Origin: Octopus vulgaris
Taxonomy: Eukaryota
Direction of reading: 5' to 3'
DNA length: 64,000 bases
Assembly (NCBI GenBank): GCA_951406725.2
Contig: OX597818.1
Span: 144,832,001 to 144,896,000, forward strand
Each line of letters begins with the position of its first letter. Position 1 is the first letter of the stretch. Below the pieces are notes generated by a model. The model saw only the letters and a list, made by a program, of their open reading frames with translations. It was not told the origin of the DNA and did not search any database. The translations under genes were made by a program, and so were the position numbers. Below, in pieces: positions 52,104 through 64,000 of the stretch.

Positions 52104-52993
52104 TTAACAAATGTGTATTTTTGCTAAAGAAATCAACACAAAGGTTGTATGACTACGAAAGGAATGCAACAACTGTAGCAGTGTTGGTACCACTATTGCA
52201 GAAGATGGAGAAAGTGAATGATGGCAGCTTAGCTTCGTTGCTGGGAGACCTCCTCCTCTAAATCTATTTTAGTGTCTCTTCTTGTAACCGTCTCCAAATA
52301 CACCAGCTTTATCCTTCAAACATGAAATAGAAAACAAACTACAACTAAAACCTAACGTGCACTTTGCAGTTTACCATTTTAGCCGTTCTGATGGTGCCAT
52401 ACCTTAGAGAACTTTTTCATTTTTCATTCATTTTCATCATCAATTTTATCACCATCATCACCACCACCATCATCATCATCATCATTATCATTGTTGTCAT
52501 CAACACTGTCATCATGATCAATATTGTCATAAACCAACATACTCATCAATAGCATGCTAGTATTTATCATCATCATCATATTCATCACAATAATCATCAT
52601 AGGCATCATATTTATAATTATTGACTATATATGTATATTGCATAAGTGAATGTGTGTGATTTAGTGCAGTCGAATATGTGTACATGTTAAAGAACATAAA
52701 ATATATATACATGTACACATGTGTGTGTGGGTGTGTGTGTTTGTGAGAGAGAGAGTGAGAGAGATTATTCAAATGGGCTCATGTGTGTGTGTGTTGCATA
52801 TATAAGTGTATGTATGTGTTTTCATATCATTCCCGACATTCTGCACCTAAGTACAGTCTGAAAGAAAGAGCTAATATTTCTGTATTGGATGACGAGCATT
52901 TTGTTACAGTATATACTTGAACAACCAGCAATGGGATATTACATGCATATGCATGTGTCAGTCAGCAAGTGAGTAATAGACATCAATATTTAT

Positions 52994-53365
52994 ATCATCA
53001 TCATCATTTAGCGTCCGCTTTCCATGCTAGCATGGGTTGGACGGGTCAACTGGGGTCTGTGAAGCTGGAAGGCTTCGTCAGGCCCAGTCAGATCTGGCAG
53101 TGTTTCTACGGCTGGATGCCCTTCCTAACGCCAACCACTCTGCGAGTGTAGTGGGTGTTTTTTACGTGCCACCTGCACAGGTGCCAGACAGAGCTGGCGA
53201 ACGGCCACGAACGGATGGTGCTTTTATGTGTCACCGGCACGGGGCCAGGCGATGCTGGCAACGGACACGAACGGATGGTGCTTTTACGTGCCACCGACAC
53301 GGGGCCAGACAGAGCTGGCATACGGCCACGAACGGACGGTGCTTTTACGTGTCACCGGCACGGGG
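52994..53365 (-). mobile_element. RTE 3' UTR fragment with 61-bp repeats
   Basis: Nearly identical to 19940-20315. Confidence 0.9.
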
Positions 53366-53799
53366 ATAAATATATATATATATATACACACACATACACA
53401 CACATCATATATACATCACACATATGTACACACACAAACAGTTTATAGATGAGATCCAAGTGTTCTCAGTATGGAATACACTTAGTAGTGCTCAAGAGAT
53501 TTAAACTTGAGCGGGTATAGAAGTAAATGTAGAGAGAAGCAAGTTTGACAGATCAATATATAAAACATATTAAATACATGAAATATAAAAAAATGTATAT
53601 ATGTATACATATAAAAAGGTCCGACTTACACAGAACAGAAATGATACAGAGAATTAAAAGGGACGGGGAACAGTATTACAAATCCAACGGCTGTTTCTGG
53701 GGGCTCAGTGGTCCATAATAATGTTTGTAGATTGAGTCCATCATAGGATGAGATGAGCCTCTGTATTTAGGGAAGAGATCTTACATTTGAGGTGTTAAA

Positions 53800-54260
53800 G
53801 GAAAGAACTTGACTGGAACTGGTAAGGTGGAGAGCAGCACCAGGTTCTAGTCTGATTTGTCATGGTTCCTTATGGCTGGATACCCTTCCAAGAGTGTAAT
53901 GGGTGCCATTTACACGACACTGACAACAGTTATGCCTATGGTTTCACTTGGCTTGACGAGTCTTCACAAGCACAGCATATCGCCAAGGTTTCGGTCACTT
54001 GTCATCACCTCCGTGAGGCCCAACATTTGAAGATCATACTTCACCACTTCATGCCTCACCTCCACGAGGCCCAACATTCAAAGATCATGCCACAGGCAAT
54101 GGCCACAATTACGATTTTGTGAGTGCCATTTACATGAATGACATCAGCATCAGCCCTGACTACAATTTCACTTGGCTTGATGGGTCTTCTCAAGCACAGC
54201 ATATCACCAAAGGTCTCAGTCACTTGTCATTGTGTCCATGAGACCCAATATCCAAAGATC
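53800..54260 (-). mobile_element. Degraded RTE 3' end with internal duplications
   Basis: Minus strand EVVKYDLQMLGLTEVMTSDR; segment ttcacttggcttga...ggtcacttgtcat occurs at ~53943 and ~54166. Confidence 0.7.
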
Positions 54261-54624
54261 GAAGCAGATAAAAGTATAAACAATAGCATGTAAATAGTGG
54301 GTTAAAAAAACTCTTAGCATAGAAAATGTTGAGGGCAGCATATGGAACTCAAACCCACATCTTCTGTTAACATGACAGACTTTTTGCTATGAGACCAAAG
54401 CAAACTTTAAATTTCTCTCCCCATTATACAAACTTATTTTTACCATTGAGAATTGAATATTGTTGATGTCATAAGAATTTAGAATTCTTGAGAGAATGTG
54501 AAATAATTCTCTTTTTGGAATGGTGAAATTTGAAGCAGATAAAAATATCATAAATATTATAATCACTTGAATTTCACCTTTGGTGAACAACTTCTCCTTT
54601 CAAATAAGTAAAAAGGGAAAAGCA

Positions 54625-54870
54625 AAGTTACCTTTTTGAGTCATGCTGACTCAAGAGGTGGTTTTCCAGCTTCTTGATGAATAAATTCCCCACTTGGATG
54701 GGACACCGGTCTGTCGTAAGATCACTCATTTTTGCCAGCTGAGTGGACTGGAGCAATGTGAGATGAAGTGCTTTGCTCAAGAACACACTGCATTGCCCAG
54801 TCCAGGAATCGAAACCATGATCTTACAATCATGAGTCCAACACCTTAACCACTAAGCCACATGCCTCCAC
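54625..54870 (-). mobile_element. tRNA-derived SINE
   Basis: Minus strand ggaggcatgtggcttagtggttaaggtgttggactc...ggtttcgattcc. Confidence 0.8.
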
Positions 54871-56549
54871 ACCCCTTTCAAATGGGACTCAGTGAAACAA
54901 GGGGACTTCTTATTACCAGTGAATTTCACCACTGGAGTATTAGTTCTCCATTTGGAATGATGTCTATTGACAACACACATGATTCAGTGACAAAGGAGAG
55001 TTTAGAGATACTGGTGTTTCGGCATCATTGTGTCTCTTCAGCTGATTCTAGATTTCTGAATGTAAAGAACAATAGTTGTCCTTTGTTTGCAGAATTCAAC
55101 ACACAAACTGATACATGTCTGCTTCAGAGTCTGTATGTATGTGTGTATGTACATACACACACATATATATAATTAAATATATCAGTGTTCGTATGCATAT
55201 TGATATACACATATAAACTTATTGTATATGTGCATATATCTTTCCTTCTTTTACACGATTGCCACTATGCAACCCTAGTACTTATTTCAGCTTGATATTT
55301 TATGGAATTCCGTTTGTCATGGGACATCAAGAATTACCACATAAACTACACCAGTTTTTAGAATGACCAAGCTGAACCTAAACATAGATACACAAGCACA
55401 CACACACGCATGCATCTGTCTCTCTGTCTGTCTGTCTATAAGCCATGTGCATCCTGATTTTTAGAATATGTACACCATAGTCCAACAAGTTGTAAGTGGC
55501 AAGTAAAAGTACAGCCTCAGGCAAGCGGTCTGATTGTAAATCACTCCCTCAAAGTGTTCCCTTCAACCCATACCAGCATGAAAAAGTGTATATATAAAAG
55601 AAAATGTTGCACACACACACACATGCATATACAAGCATACATATACACATATATACATACAAACATACATACATATGAAGATTGGTTGCTAATTAGTTTT
55701 CTTCTACCAAATTCCATTCACAAGGAATTAGTTGAAACTGTTACAGCTGCACTGTAAGACAATAGTCAAAGATATTGCACAGTAGGATGGAATCTGGAAC
55801 CAAATGATTGCAAAGCAACAATCTTAAAATGCAGCCAGGCTGCACATGCTTATATAATACTTGTTTTGCATATGCATGGCATATTTATGAGTGTACAACA
55901 CACACACACACACATGCACGAACACACAAGTATATAAATATAAATCAATATAGCTGGAGAGATGATGATGGTGTTGTGTAGAAGGCCAAAAAGATGAATC
56001 ATTGAATGAATAAGCTGACAAAGAGTTGAGAGTGAAAGGAAGGCAAAAGAACCAAACCAAACCAAAAAAACAACCCAGTTATGCCTTTATGAAACTGTCC
56101 AGTAACAAAAGATGTGCTGAAAAGAGAGAATTACTCAATGTCGGCTTTCTCCTCCTCCTCCTCCTCCTACCCAAACCTTGCATCTATGAATATTTCAAAA
56201 TATCTCAGTGTCCTAACCACTCCATCAAGGGTCTGCTGCTGCTGCTGCTGCTGCTGCTAGCACTTGCCTAGTGATGAGGAGACATTCTGTCAGGACCAAT
56301 GAAATCATTTGTATTTCAGATGCTGTCACTTAGACATATCTGCCTGACTTCACATTAGGTAGACAACTTAGCACTATGTCATTAACTTGGTACACAGTCA
56401 CCTAGATGAACTTGAGACATATGATTATATATATACGCATGTGCATATAAATGTCTATATATATACATATACATCCGAAACTTGGAGTTTTATTATGGCA
56501 ACTGAATAATTGTCACATATTATATTACAGAAATATACATATACATACA

Positions 56550-56608
<59 letters not shown>

Positions 56609-57104
56609 CAAAATGGGACAAGAATGCAAAACATCCGGACAACTAGGTGATACAAAAAGGAGACAATTAAAAATCCAGATAGATGATATAAAGAAAACAA
56701 GGATGGGTCATTCGAAGTTTTCTATCGTCACTCAAGAACCAGATTATCCTCGCAATTTCGGCTGATTATTCTTGAGATTGCTCCAATCTGGCCAGCCCCA
56801 AGGAAAAACTAAGCTAAGAGCATTAGATTCCTTGAAAGAAAACATCGAATGTATACAAAAACAAGGACGGAAAAAACAATGTTACACAAATATAAATACA
56901 ATAAAAATAATAACAGGACATAACAACAGGTGTCTTTCGACTAAGGACGAATTGAATTAATCTGGCGAGTGTGGAAATGAAGCCTTACGGCAGAGATACA
57001 AAAGTTTCACAAACACAGGGAAGAATATCAATGTTGTACGGACCATGGTCAGACCCAGAAAGAAAGAGTGAGCAGTCTGGCCAATCGGTCATGTGGGAAG
57101 AAAA

Positions 57105-57290
57105 GAGAGAGAAAAGTAGAAGCAGAGGAACAAAAGAATTAAGGAGGGGGAAGAGAACAGAGAGAAGTAGAGGGACAGAAGAATTAAGGAGAGAGAAGAG
57201 AAGAGAGAGAAGTAGAGGGACAGAAGAATTAAGGAGAGAGAAGAGAAGAGAGAGAAGTAGAGGGACAGAAGAATTAAGGAGAGGTGAGAA
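57105..57290. repeat. 45-bp purine-rich tandem repeat (~4 units)
   Basis: agtagagggacagaagaattaaggag recurs at 57166, 57211 and 57256. Confidence 0.9.
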
Positions 57291-57764
57291 AAAATGACAA
57301 ATTAAATTATTGTTTAAAAGAAACATAACAACAATATATTAATAGGAAACCCAGCTCAACTAAAAGAGGTAAACTGCTTATGCAAAAACAAAGATGAATG
57401 CCTTCCTAGTCAGTCGTTCAATTCCAAGGCCCACTTCCACAAAACAAAATCTAGATACTGAAAGCAAATGTTATGCCAAGTATTTTAATCATATTTCTAC
57501 CTTAAGAAGTATAGTAAAGAGGAATGTCACTAAACTATCAAACACTCTTTAGAAATTGAAAAAAACAAAAAAGAACCTAAATTCATTATCCACTGAGAAA
57601 TTGTTGAATGATGCTTGCTATACTTTAATGTGATAAGAACCCGCAGCTTGTGCAATTCTGAGAATTTTTATACTTATAGCTCTTGACAAATATCTGGGGT
57701 TAAACAACAACAACAACAACCGTTTTACAGATCGTCCCCAAATAGATTTACTATTCATAGCATA

Positions 57765-57965
57765 TGTGGAGGTGCATGACTTAGTGGTTAGGGTGTTGGA
57801 CTCATGATCGCAAGATTGCTTTTTCGATTCCTGGACTGCTTGTGAGCAAAACACTTCATTTCACATTGTTCCAGTTCACTCAGCTGGCAGAAATGAGTGA
57901 CGGACCAGGCATCCAGTCCAAGTGGGGAATATAAATACTATGGAAATCATGAAATCAGCCCTATG
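57765..57965 (+). mobile_element. tRNA-derived SINE
   Basis: tggaggtgcatgacttagtggttagggtgttggactc...ttcgattcc. Confidence 0.72.
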
Positions 57966-60207
57966 AGTCTATATGACTCATAGGGCTGTTCTATATGCAT
58001 TCTATGCAAGATATTTTCAAATCTACAATACAGCTGCATATATTCAACATAATCCCCAACTAACAAAATAACACAACTTACACAACAGATATTTTACTTC
58101 TCAGTATTATAAAAGCTTTCACAACAAACAAGATCAATGCTAAAAAAACCCCCAAAAAACAAAGAAACAAATGGATAAACAAGATTGGAATGGATTATCC
58201 AGTAGAGCTTCTACAGAAGGTTTGCCTCTGAGGAACAGAGAAGATCATCATCAGAGTTTTGAGCACTTACTGGCTTGTTGAAATCATATGGCTATCAAAG
58301 GTTATAAGTAGTAACCCAATATCCCACATAAATTCTGCAAGGAATAAGATCAATCTTGATTCATGATAAATAATAAGCAGCTGGGAAAAATTACGAACAT
58401 ATTGCAAAAATTTGTAAAGAATGAATATGGTGTAATTTTCTAAGATATGCAAATATACAGAAATGAATTGATAGGAGCAGAGTGCCATGATATTACGAAA
58501 GCATAAATTCCAGGTCTTGTAAACTTACTGATGTGGTTTGCCAAACAGACAATAATGTTTATCATTTTATAAGGTTGGAAAATCTCTCAAAATATATAGC
58601 CCCACAGAAATTGCTAAGATATGAGCTACAGACTCATGATCAGCTTCCGTAATTATAGGTGTGTTCAGAGAAGTCAAATTCATCACAAATCAGAAAAATC
58701 AAACGACTGCCTGTTAGGCCTTCCACATGAGAAGTTCAGAAGATAGCAATTTTAGGAAATGCCTATATTCCATGGGAAATATTACCAATAAAATAAAATT
58801 TGAAAAATGAAAGGCTAACAATCACAAATCTACTTCATATAAAAACGAGAGAATAACTTCAGTTGAGCAGAGCCCATGTATGTTAAACAGAATATGATGA
58901 TTTCTTTTATTGGCCAGAAGAGCCAACATTGGTAATAATACAAAGATAAAATACAAAAAAAAAAAAAAAAGGAATAGTGAGGGATTTAATTCAACTAAAA
59001 AGGTGAGAACAACAATAACAATAAAGATACCACCACCACCACCACCACCACCATCATCAACAACAATGTTGTCTTAATTGTTTTAGCATTTACTTTTCCA
59101 TATTAGCATGAGGTAGATGGGATTTATTGAAGCAAATTTCTTTGGTTGAATGATTTGTCTGTTGCCAACCCTCACCTGTTTCCAAGCAAGGTAATATTTT
59201 CTCATCTGAACATGTTCCCAAGAGATTGCAAACAAAGAGCACTGCTTGTATGATGATGGCGATGATGATGATGTTTGTTTATAATTAGCAAGCGATGTCA
59301 AGACAAGAACACAACCCCATCTCCCTAAACACATACATTCACAACAAGCTGTTTTTCACTTTATGCCAACCAAATTCAATCACAATAACAATAACAGTTT
59401 AGAAAAACAAAATACCAACAATGAAGGTGTAGGTAACCTTGCAAAGTGATTAAGAGTGCCTCATACACAACTCCAACATACCTAGGCACACCAAAGGCAA
59501 GTACTTCCCTCTAGTACTTGCTGAGTAGGGCCACTTAGCTATGCCAATTTGCTGCTCTCGCTCACCTTTCATAAAATTAACTGGAAGCAGTACTTTCCTC
59601 TCTATCCCCACCTTTCCCTTCAGGTGATACTCAAAGAAAATGATGAGGGCTTTAGTCTGAGAGGAATCTGGCTTCTCACAAGTCTACAAAAATGCAAGGG
59701 AGAGTCAAAGCTGGTTAAAACACTTCTCTCCAATATCTCCATACAAAACTGATACTCATGTTATTGACCTAAAATGATGAAAGAGCAAAGTTGTGTCACA
59801 ACAGGATTGGAATTCAGAACATAGAGTGATTAATTAAATGTCTGAGATGAGTTGTTGCTAATACTATTATAATTTTTCAGACTATTAACTTCATCTTTCG
59901 AGATGAAACAACTTTTTATTATTAACATCTACCCTACGTTTTGATCGGTTTGATCTCTGAAATGTAGTGTAGATGTAAATATTAAAAAAAAACTGTTTCA
60001 TCTATGAAGATGATGTTAATAGTCCCAAAAACTTATAATCACAAATATAGAGAAGTTATTTAATTGATGCTCTTCGATTTCTATTACTCTACTACTACAA
60101 CAACAACGATTTATTTTATTTGCCATGGAAGCATTGGCTAAAGGGAACATTAAAAAGACAAGACACACCTTCATACATACACACAACTATATATATATAT
60201 ATATATA

Positions 60208-60478
60208 TGTGGAGGCGCAATAGCCCAGTGGACTTGCGGTCGTAGGATCGCGGTTTCGATTCCCAGACCGGGCGTTGTGAGTGTTTATTGAACAAAAACA
60301 CCTAAAGCTCCACGAGGCTCCGGCAGGGGATGGTGGCGATCCCTGCTGTAGTCTTTCGCCACAACTTTCTCTCACTCTTTCTTCTGTTGGCCTGCTCGCT
60401 TAGCCAGTGGGGTAGCGTCATTTAAAGCGATGTGTAGCAACATCTGATAGCCTGGTCGGTCACGGTGATCACGGTGAT
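60208..60478 (+). mobile_element. tRNA-derived SINE inserted in (TA)n
   Basis: gtggaggcgcaatagcccagtgg...ggtttcgattcccagacc...ggtcggtcacggtgat, with TA tracts on both sides. Confidence 0.85.
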
Positions 60479-60774
60479 ATATATATATATATATATATAA
60501 TATGTATGTATATATAAATATATATACATACGCACACACACGATGGGTTTCTCTCAGTTTCGGTCTACCAACCCAATCCATTCACAGGACATTGACTGGC
60601 CTATGGCTATAGTAGAAGACTCTTGTCCAAGGTTCTGTGCACCTTTCCACACACTGGGACTGAACCCAAAGTCATGTGGTAATGAAGCAAACTTCTCAAC
60701 CAGACAGCTATTCTACACCTACCATATTTATATGGCATGGCTATGCAGGCACAGACATAGCAGTGCTGGTGGAG

Positions 60775-61420
60775 GCAATCCTTATTCTTAGTTCCTCTTG
60801 TTCCTAACAGAACATTGGGCAACGAGTATCATCTGTTGCAGCTGTTTTTGCATGAGTCCAAGTCAATTGCAGTTCCGTTATGTCCTTGCAGAGAGTACTG
60901 CACCAGTTTTGCTGTGGTCTTCCCCCCCCCCTCATTTGCTCCGAGTCAGTGTCCATGTCAGTGTAGTGTGTGACAGCCTGTGTTCTGGTAGCTATATTAT
61001 ATGTCCAATGAATCACAATCTTTGCTTCTTGATGATGTCCGATAGGTTGTCTAGCCCTGACCGCTGCATGACCTCACTGGTGATGTAGTCCACAATATAA
61101 CACAAACGCATCACCTACGGAAGACTGTGCTTTTCCATGTCTCGCACGCATGGATAGCAGTAGGCTCAACAATCGACATGTAGAGATGGATTTTCACATC
61201 TTTGATGATGGAATTATTGAACCACACTGGGCAAAGTTATCTGAATACACCTGAAGCTTGTCCAATACAGGCTCCTACATAACATTTTGTGTCACCATCA
61301 TTGCAGATGGGGTTTCCTGGATATTTGAAAATTACTTTGTTCTTCAGACTGTTGTTTCTGATTGTTAGTGGAGGATATATTGGCATATCAGTGGTCATAG
61401 TCTTTGTCTTCTTACATCTT
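60775..61420 (-). mobile_element. Degraded RTE LINE 3' region (different subfamily)
   Basis: Minus strand FKYPG..ICNDGDT...IGQASGVF, KIHLYMSIVEPTAIHACETW, GGRPQQNW...LTWTHAKTAATD. Confidence 0.78.
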
Positions 61421-61464
61421 GTGCCTCAACAGCAATGCAGTTAAATTAGGCCTGCACACAGCAG

Positions 61465-61917
61465 GTAAGGCAATGTGGTTAAAAAGTCATTTTGCAACTG
61501 CATGGTTTTTGGGTTCAATCTAACTATGCAACATCTTGGGTAAGTGTCTTACGCTATAGCTCTGGGTCAACCAATAACTTGAGAGTGAATTTGGTAGATG
61601 GAGACTGTGTGGAAGTCTGTTGTGTTTGTCCACCCACCTTCTATCCCTTGACAGCTGGTGTTGGTTTGTAGATATCCCTGTGACTTAATGGTTCAACAAG
61701 AAGACCAACAGAATAAATACCAGACATAAAAAATAAGGACTGCAGTTCTTTTGTTTGACTGGACCCTTCAGAGTAGTGCCTCCACTGAGTTGTAGTTCAA
61801 TGACTGATACGAGTTTATGGAACCTGGTGCGGCCCCTAGCCTTTTCAGTTCCTGTCAACCTTTCCAACCCATGCCAGAATGTAAAACAGACATTAAATGA
61901 TGATAATGATGATGATA
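61465..61917 (+). mobile_element. Modular SINE followed by an RTE-type tail
   Basis: Head tgtggttaaaaag...ggttcaatc, tail B ...gttcaatgactgatac, then cccatgccagaatg...attaaatgatgataatgatg. Confidence 0.65.
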
Positions 61918-61921
61918 TTTA

Positions 61922-61967
<46 letters not shown>

Positions 61968-62097
61968 CTAATATATATATCTATATATATGCATATATAT
62001 AGGGAGGCTTTATGAAAATAGACAAAAGACGAAGGCAGGTGGAAAACAAACAAACAATTGTATTAGTATGGTGCTCAGGAAATATAAATAAAACAAG

Positions 62098-62135
62098 TCT
62101 TTAACGTTTCGAGCCTACGCTCTTCAACAGAAAGA
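62098..62135 (-). ncRNA. Minimal type I hammerhead ribozyme variant (CUGUUGA core)
   Basis: Minus strand ucuuu-CUGUUGA-a-gagc(guag)gcuc-GAAAC-GUU-aaaga: perfect stems I and II, palindromic stem III. Confidence 0.72.
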
Positions 62136-63111
62136 TACACAGAGAGAAAAAAACACAGAAAGAAGGAGAGAAAAAAATGCGTGCAGTAACTAACGAATCA
62201 ACATGGCGATCTGATTTCGGCCAGAAGTCAAAGATCAAACATGAGATGCGAGAGCGAAATAAGGGGAGATAATAGGGTTGATAATAGGGTTGAATGACCA
62301 CCTATTAGTGCGTAGGAGGGGTCTGGACGTGTGTATGTGTAGGGTTGGTGTATGTATTAGTATGTATAAGGGTGTGTGTGTGTGTGTGTGTGTGTGTATG
62401 AGAGAGTATTAGTGTGTAGGATAGGTCTGGACAGGCGTATGTATGGGGTTGGTGTGTGTATTAGTATGTATTAGTACGTATTAGTATGTATAAGTGTGTG
62501 TGTGTGTGTATGAGAGAGTATAAGTGCGTATGAGGGGTCTGGACGTGTGTATGTATAGGGTTGGTGTATGTATTAGTATGTATTAGTATGTATTAGTACG
62601 TATTAGTATGTATTAGTTGGTGTATGTATTAGTATGGCACATCATATATGATGTGGCATATATATATATATATATACATATACATTTATATATGTATATA
62701 TATTTATAATATATCTAATATATATATCTCTCTCTATATATATATGCATATATATATATATGTATACATACATATATATTTATATATATAAATATGCATA
62801 TATGGGTACAGGACATCACCAACTGTGTAAACAACATAAAAGTACACAAACAAATGAGTTAAATATGAAAACAGCGAGAGAAAAAAATGGAAAACAGGAC
62901 AAGTAACACAGAGTAACCCTTCATCAGTTGTCGGCTGTCTTTCTATTCCTCATTTCAAGCATTCAACGACAATACGAGTCTTTGAAGACAGTTGCTCTTA
63001 TAAGTTCCAAAACAAAATTTAGGATTTATAGAGGGTCAAAGTCAGGAACAAAAGCAGGATAGTGGAGACGAACATACATACACACACACACACACACACA
63101 TACATACATAC

Positions 63112-63666
63112 ATGGTGGCTGCCCCCTCGTTATCGAGTATGGCCATTGCACGAAGCTTAATCAATGTTGTTATCGTGCAATGCCTGTGCAAGAAGATTTT
63201 TTTTAAAGTGAGGAAAGGCTGTGCACTGAGTCAATCCCACTCACTAAGCAACAGCAACCATAATCCGAAAAGAAGAACAAGTCAACATCATCAGTAACCA
63301 CTGAGCCGCAGGTTTTATGTCGGAGTTATCCCAGTTACCTGAGTTACCTTCGCCTAGAAGGATGCCCTAACAAAGGCTAGGAGTCCTTCACTCCCAATGG
63401 TTTAACCGCGCGATCGGGTAATCAGTCCGATTATTTCTATGTCCCCGTGCATGATACAGCCTTAAGACATTTATTGGATGGCCGTTGACTCTCAAGAGTT
63501 CCTCCACCCTTTGACGGTTTTTGTTTTTCATCCCGCAGGGTGTCCAATAAACACCCTCCTCACCAAGCAAACTTGGTGGGGTTGCCGGTTTAGTCGCTGA
63601 CGACCCGACCATGCAACAGGTAGTACTGGGTTACATGTTACCAGTAGCACTCGAAAGTGACCTGAC
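63112..63666 (-). mobile_element. GC-rich, highly structured non-coding retroposon, possibly RTE-associated
   Basis: CpG-rich block bounded by (TACA)n on both sides, with multiple hairpins; strand and family assignment are inferred. Confidence 0.55.
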
Positions 63667-63884
63667 ATACATACATACATACATACATACATACACATAT
63701 ATATATATATATATATATATGTTTGTGTGTGTGAGTGTGCGTCTGTGTTTGTACTCCCACCATCGCTTGACAACCAATGTTGCTGTGTTTATGTCCTCGT
63801 AAATCCTGGGCTCGATTTCTTTGACTAAAAGCGGTGCTCTAGCATGGCTGCAGTCACATGACCGAAACAAGTAAAACAATAACA

Positions 63885-63929
63885 GACTATGCCATTTTAA
63901 CCCCGAGCAACACCAGGTATCTCTGCTAG
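63885..63929 (+). mobile_element. Isolated Helitron 3' terminus
   Basis: cccgagcaacaccaggtatctctgCTAG|t, similar to 29740-29767. Confidence 0.6.
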
Positions 63930-64000
63930 TAACTAATAAAAAATTGAAACCTCCAAATACCTCCTGATGTTGAAAATATAAATATGATACAAGTTCACAG

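Noticed and set aside
56971-57326. RSRGTEELRREKRRE repeat protein
   Set aside because: Translation of a 45-bp purine tandem repeat open on both strands
62915-62965. CUGAUGAAGG on the minus strand as another hammerhead
   Set aside because: No stem II followed by GAAA downstream of the box could be found

Overview
AT-rich, repeat-saturated animal genomic DNA with no recognisable host protein-coding gene, rRNA, true tRNA gene or CRISPR array. From memory of its SINE and RTE families it looks like Octopus (cephalopod) intronic or intergenic sequence; this was not checked against a database. Nearly all ORFs in the track are microsatellite read-throughs or transposon debris. Supported content: two degraded Penelope-like retroelements (RT and GIY-YIG fragments), several RTE and CR1-group LINE fragments, a mariner transposase relic, three non-autonomous Helitrons, a Mutator-like/MITE nest, dozens of tRNA-derived SINEs, and mini- and microsatellites. 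The most interesting signal is a set of minimal type I hammerhead-ribozyme (HHR) motifs in several unrelated short repeat families. One of these is a tRNA-headed SINE whose tail carries an HHR and which inserted, together with an inverted partial copy of itself, between 13-bp target-site duplications (5530-5971), a Penelope-like architecture. Boundaries of degraded elements were read by eye and are approximate.
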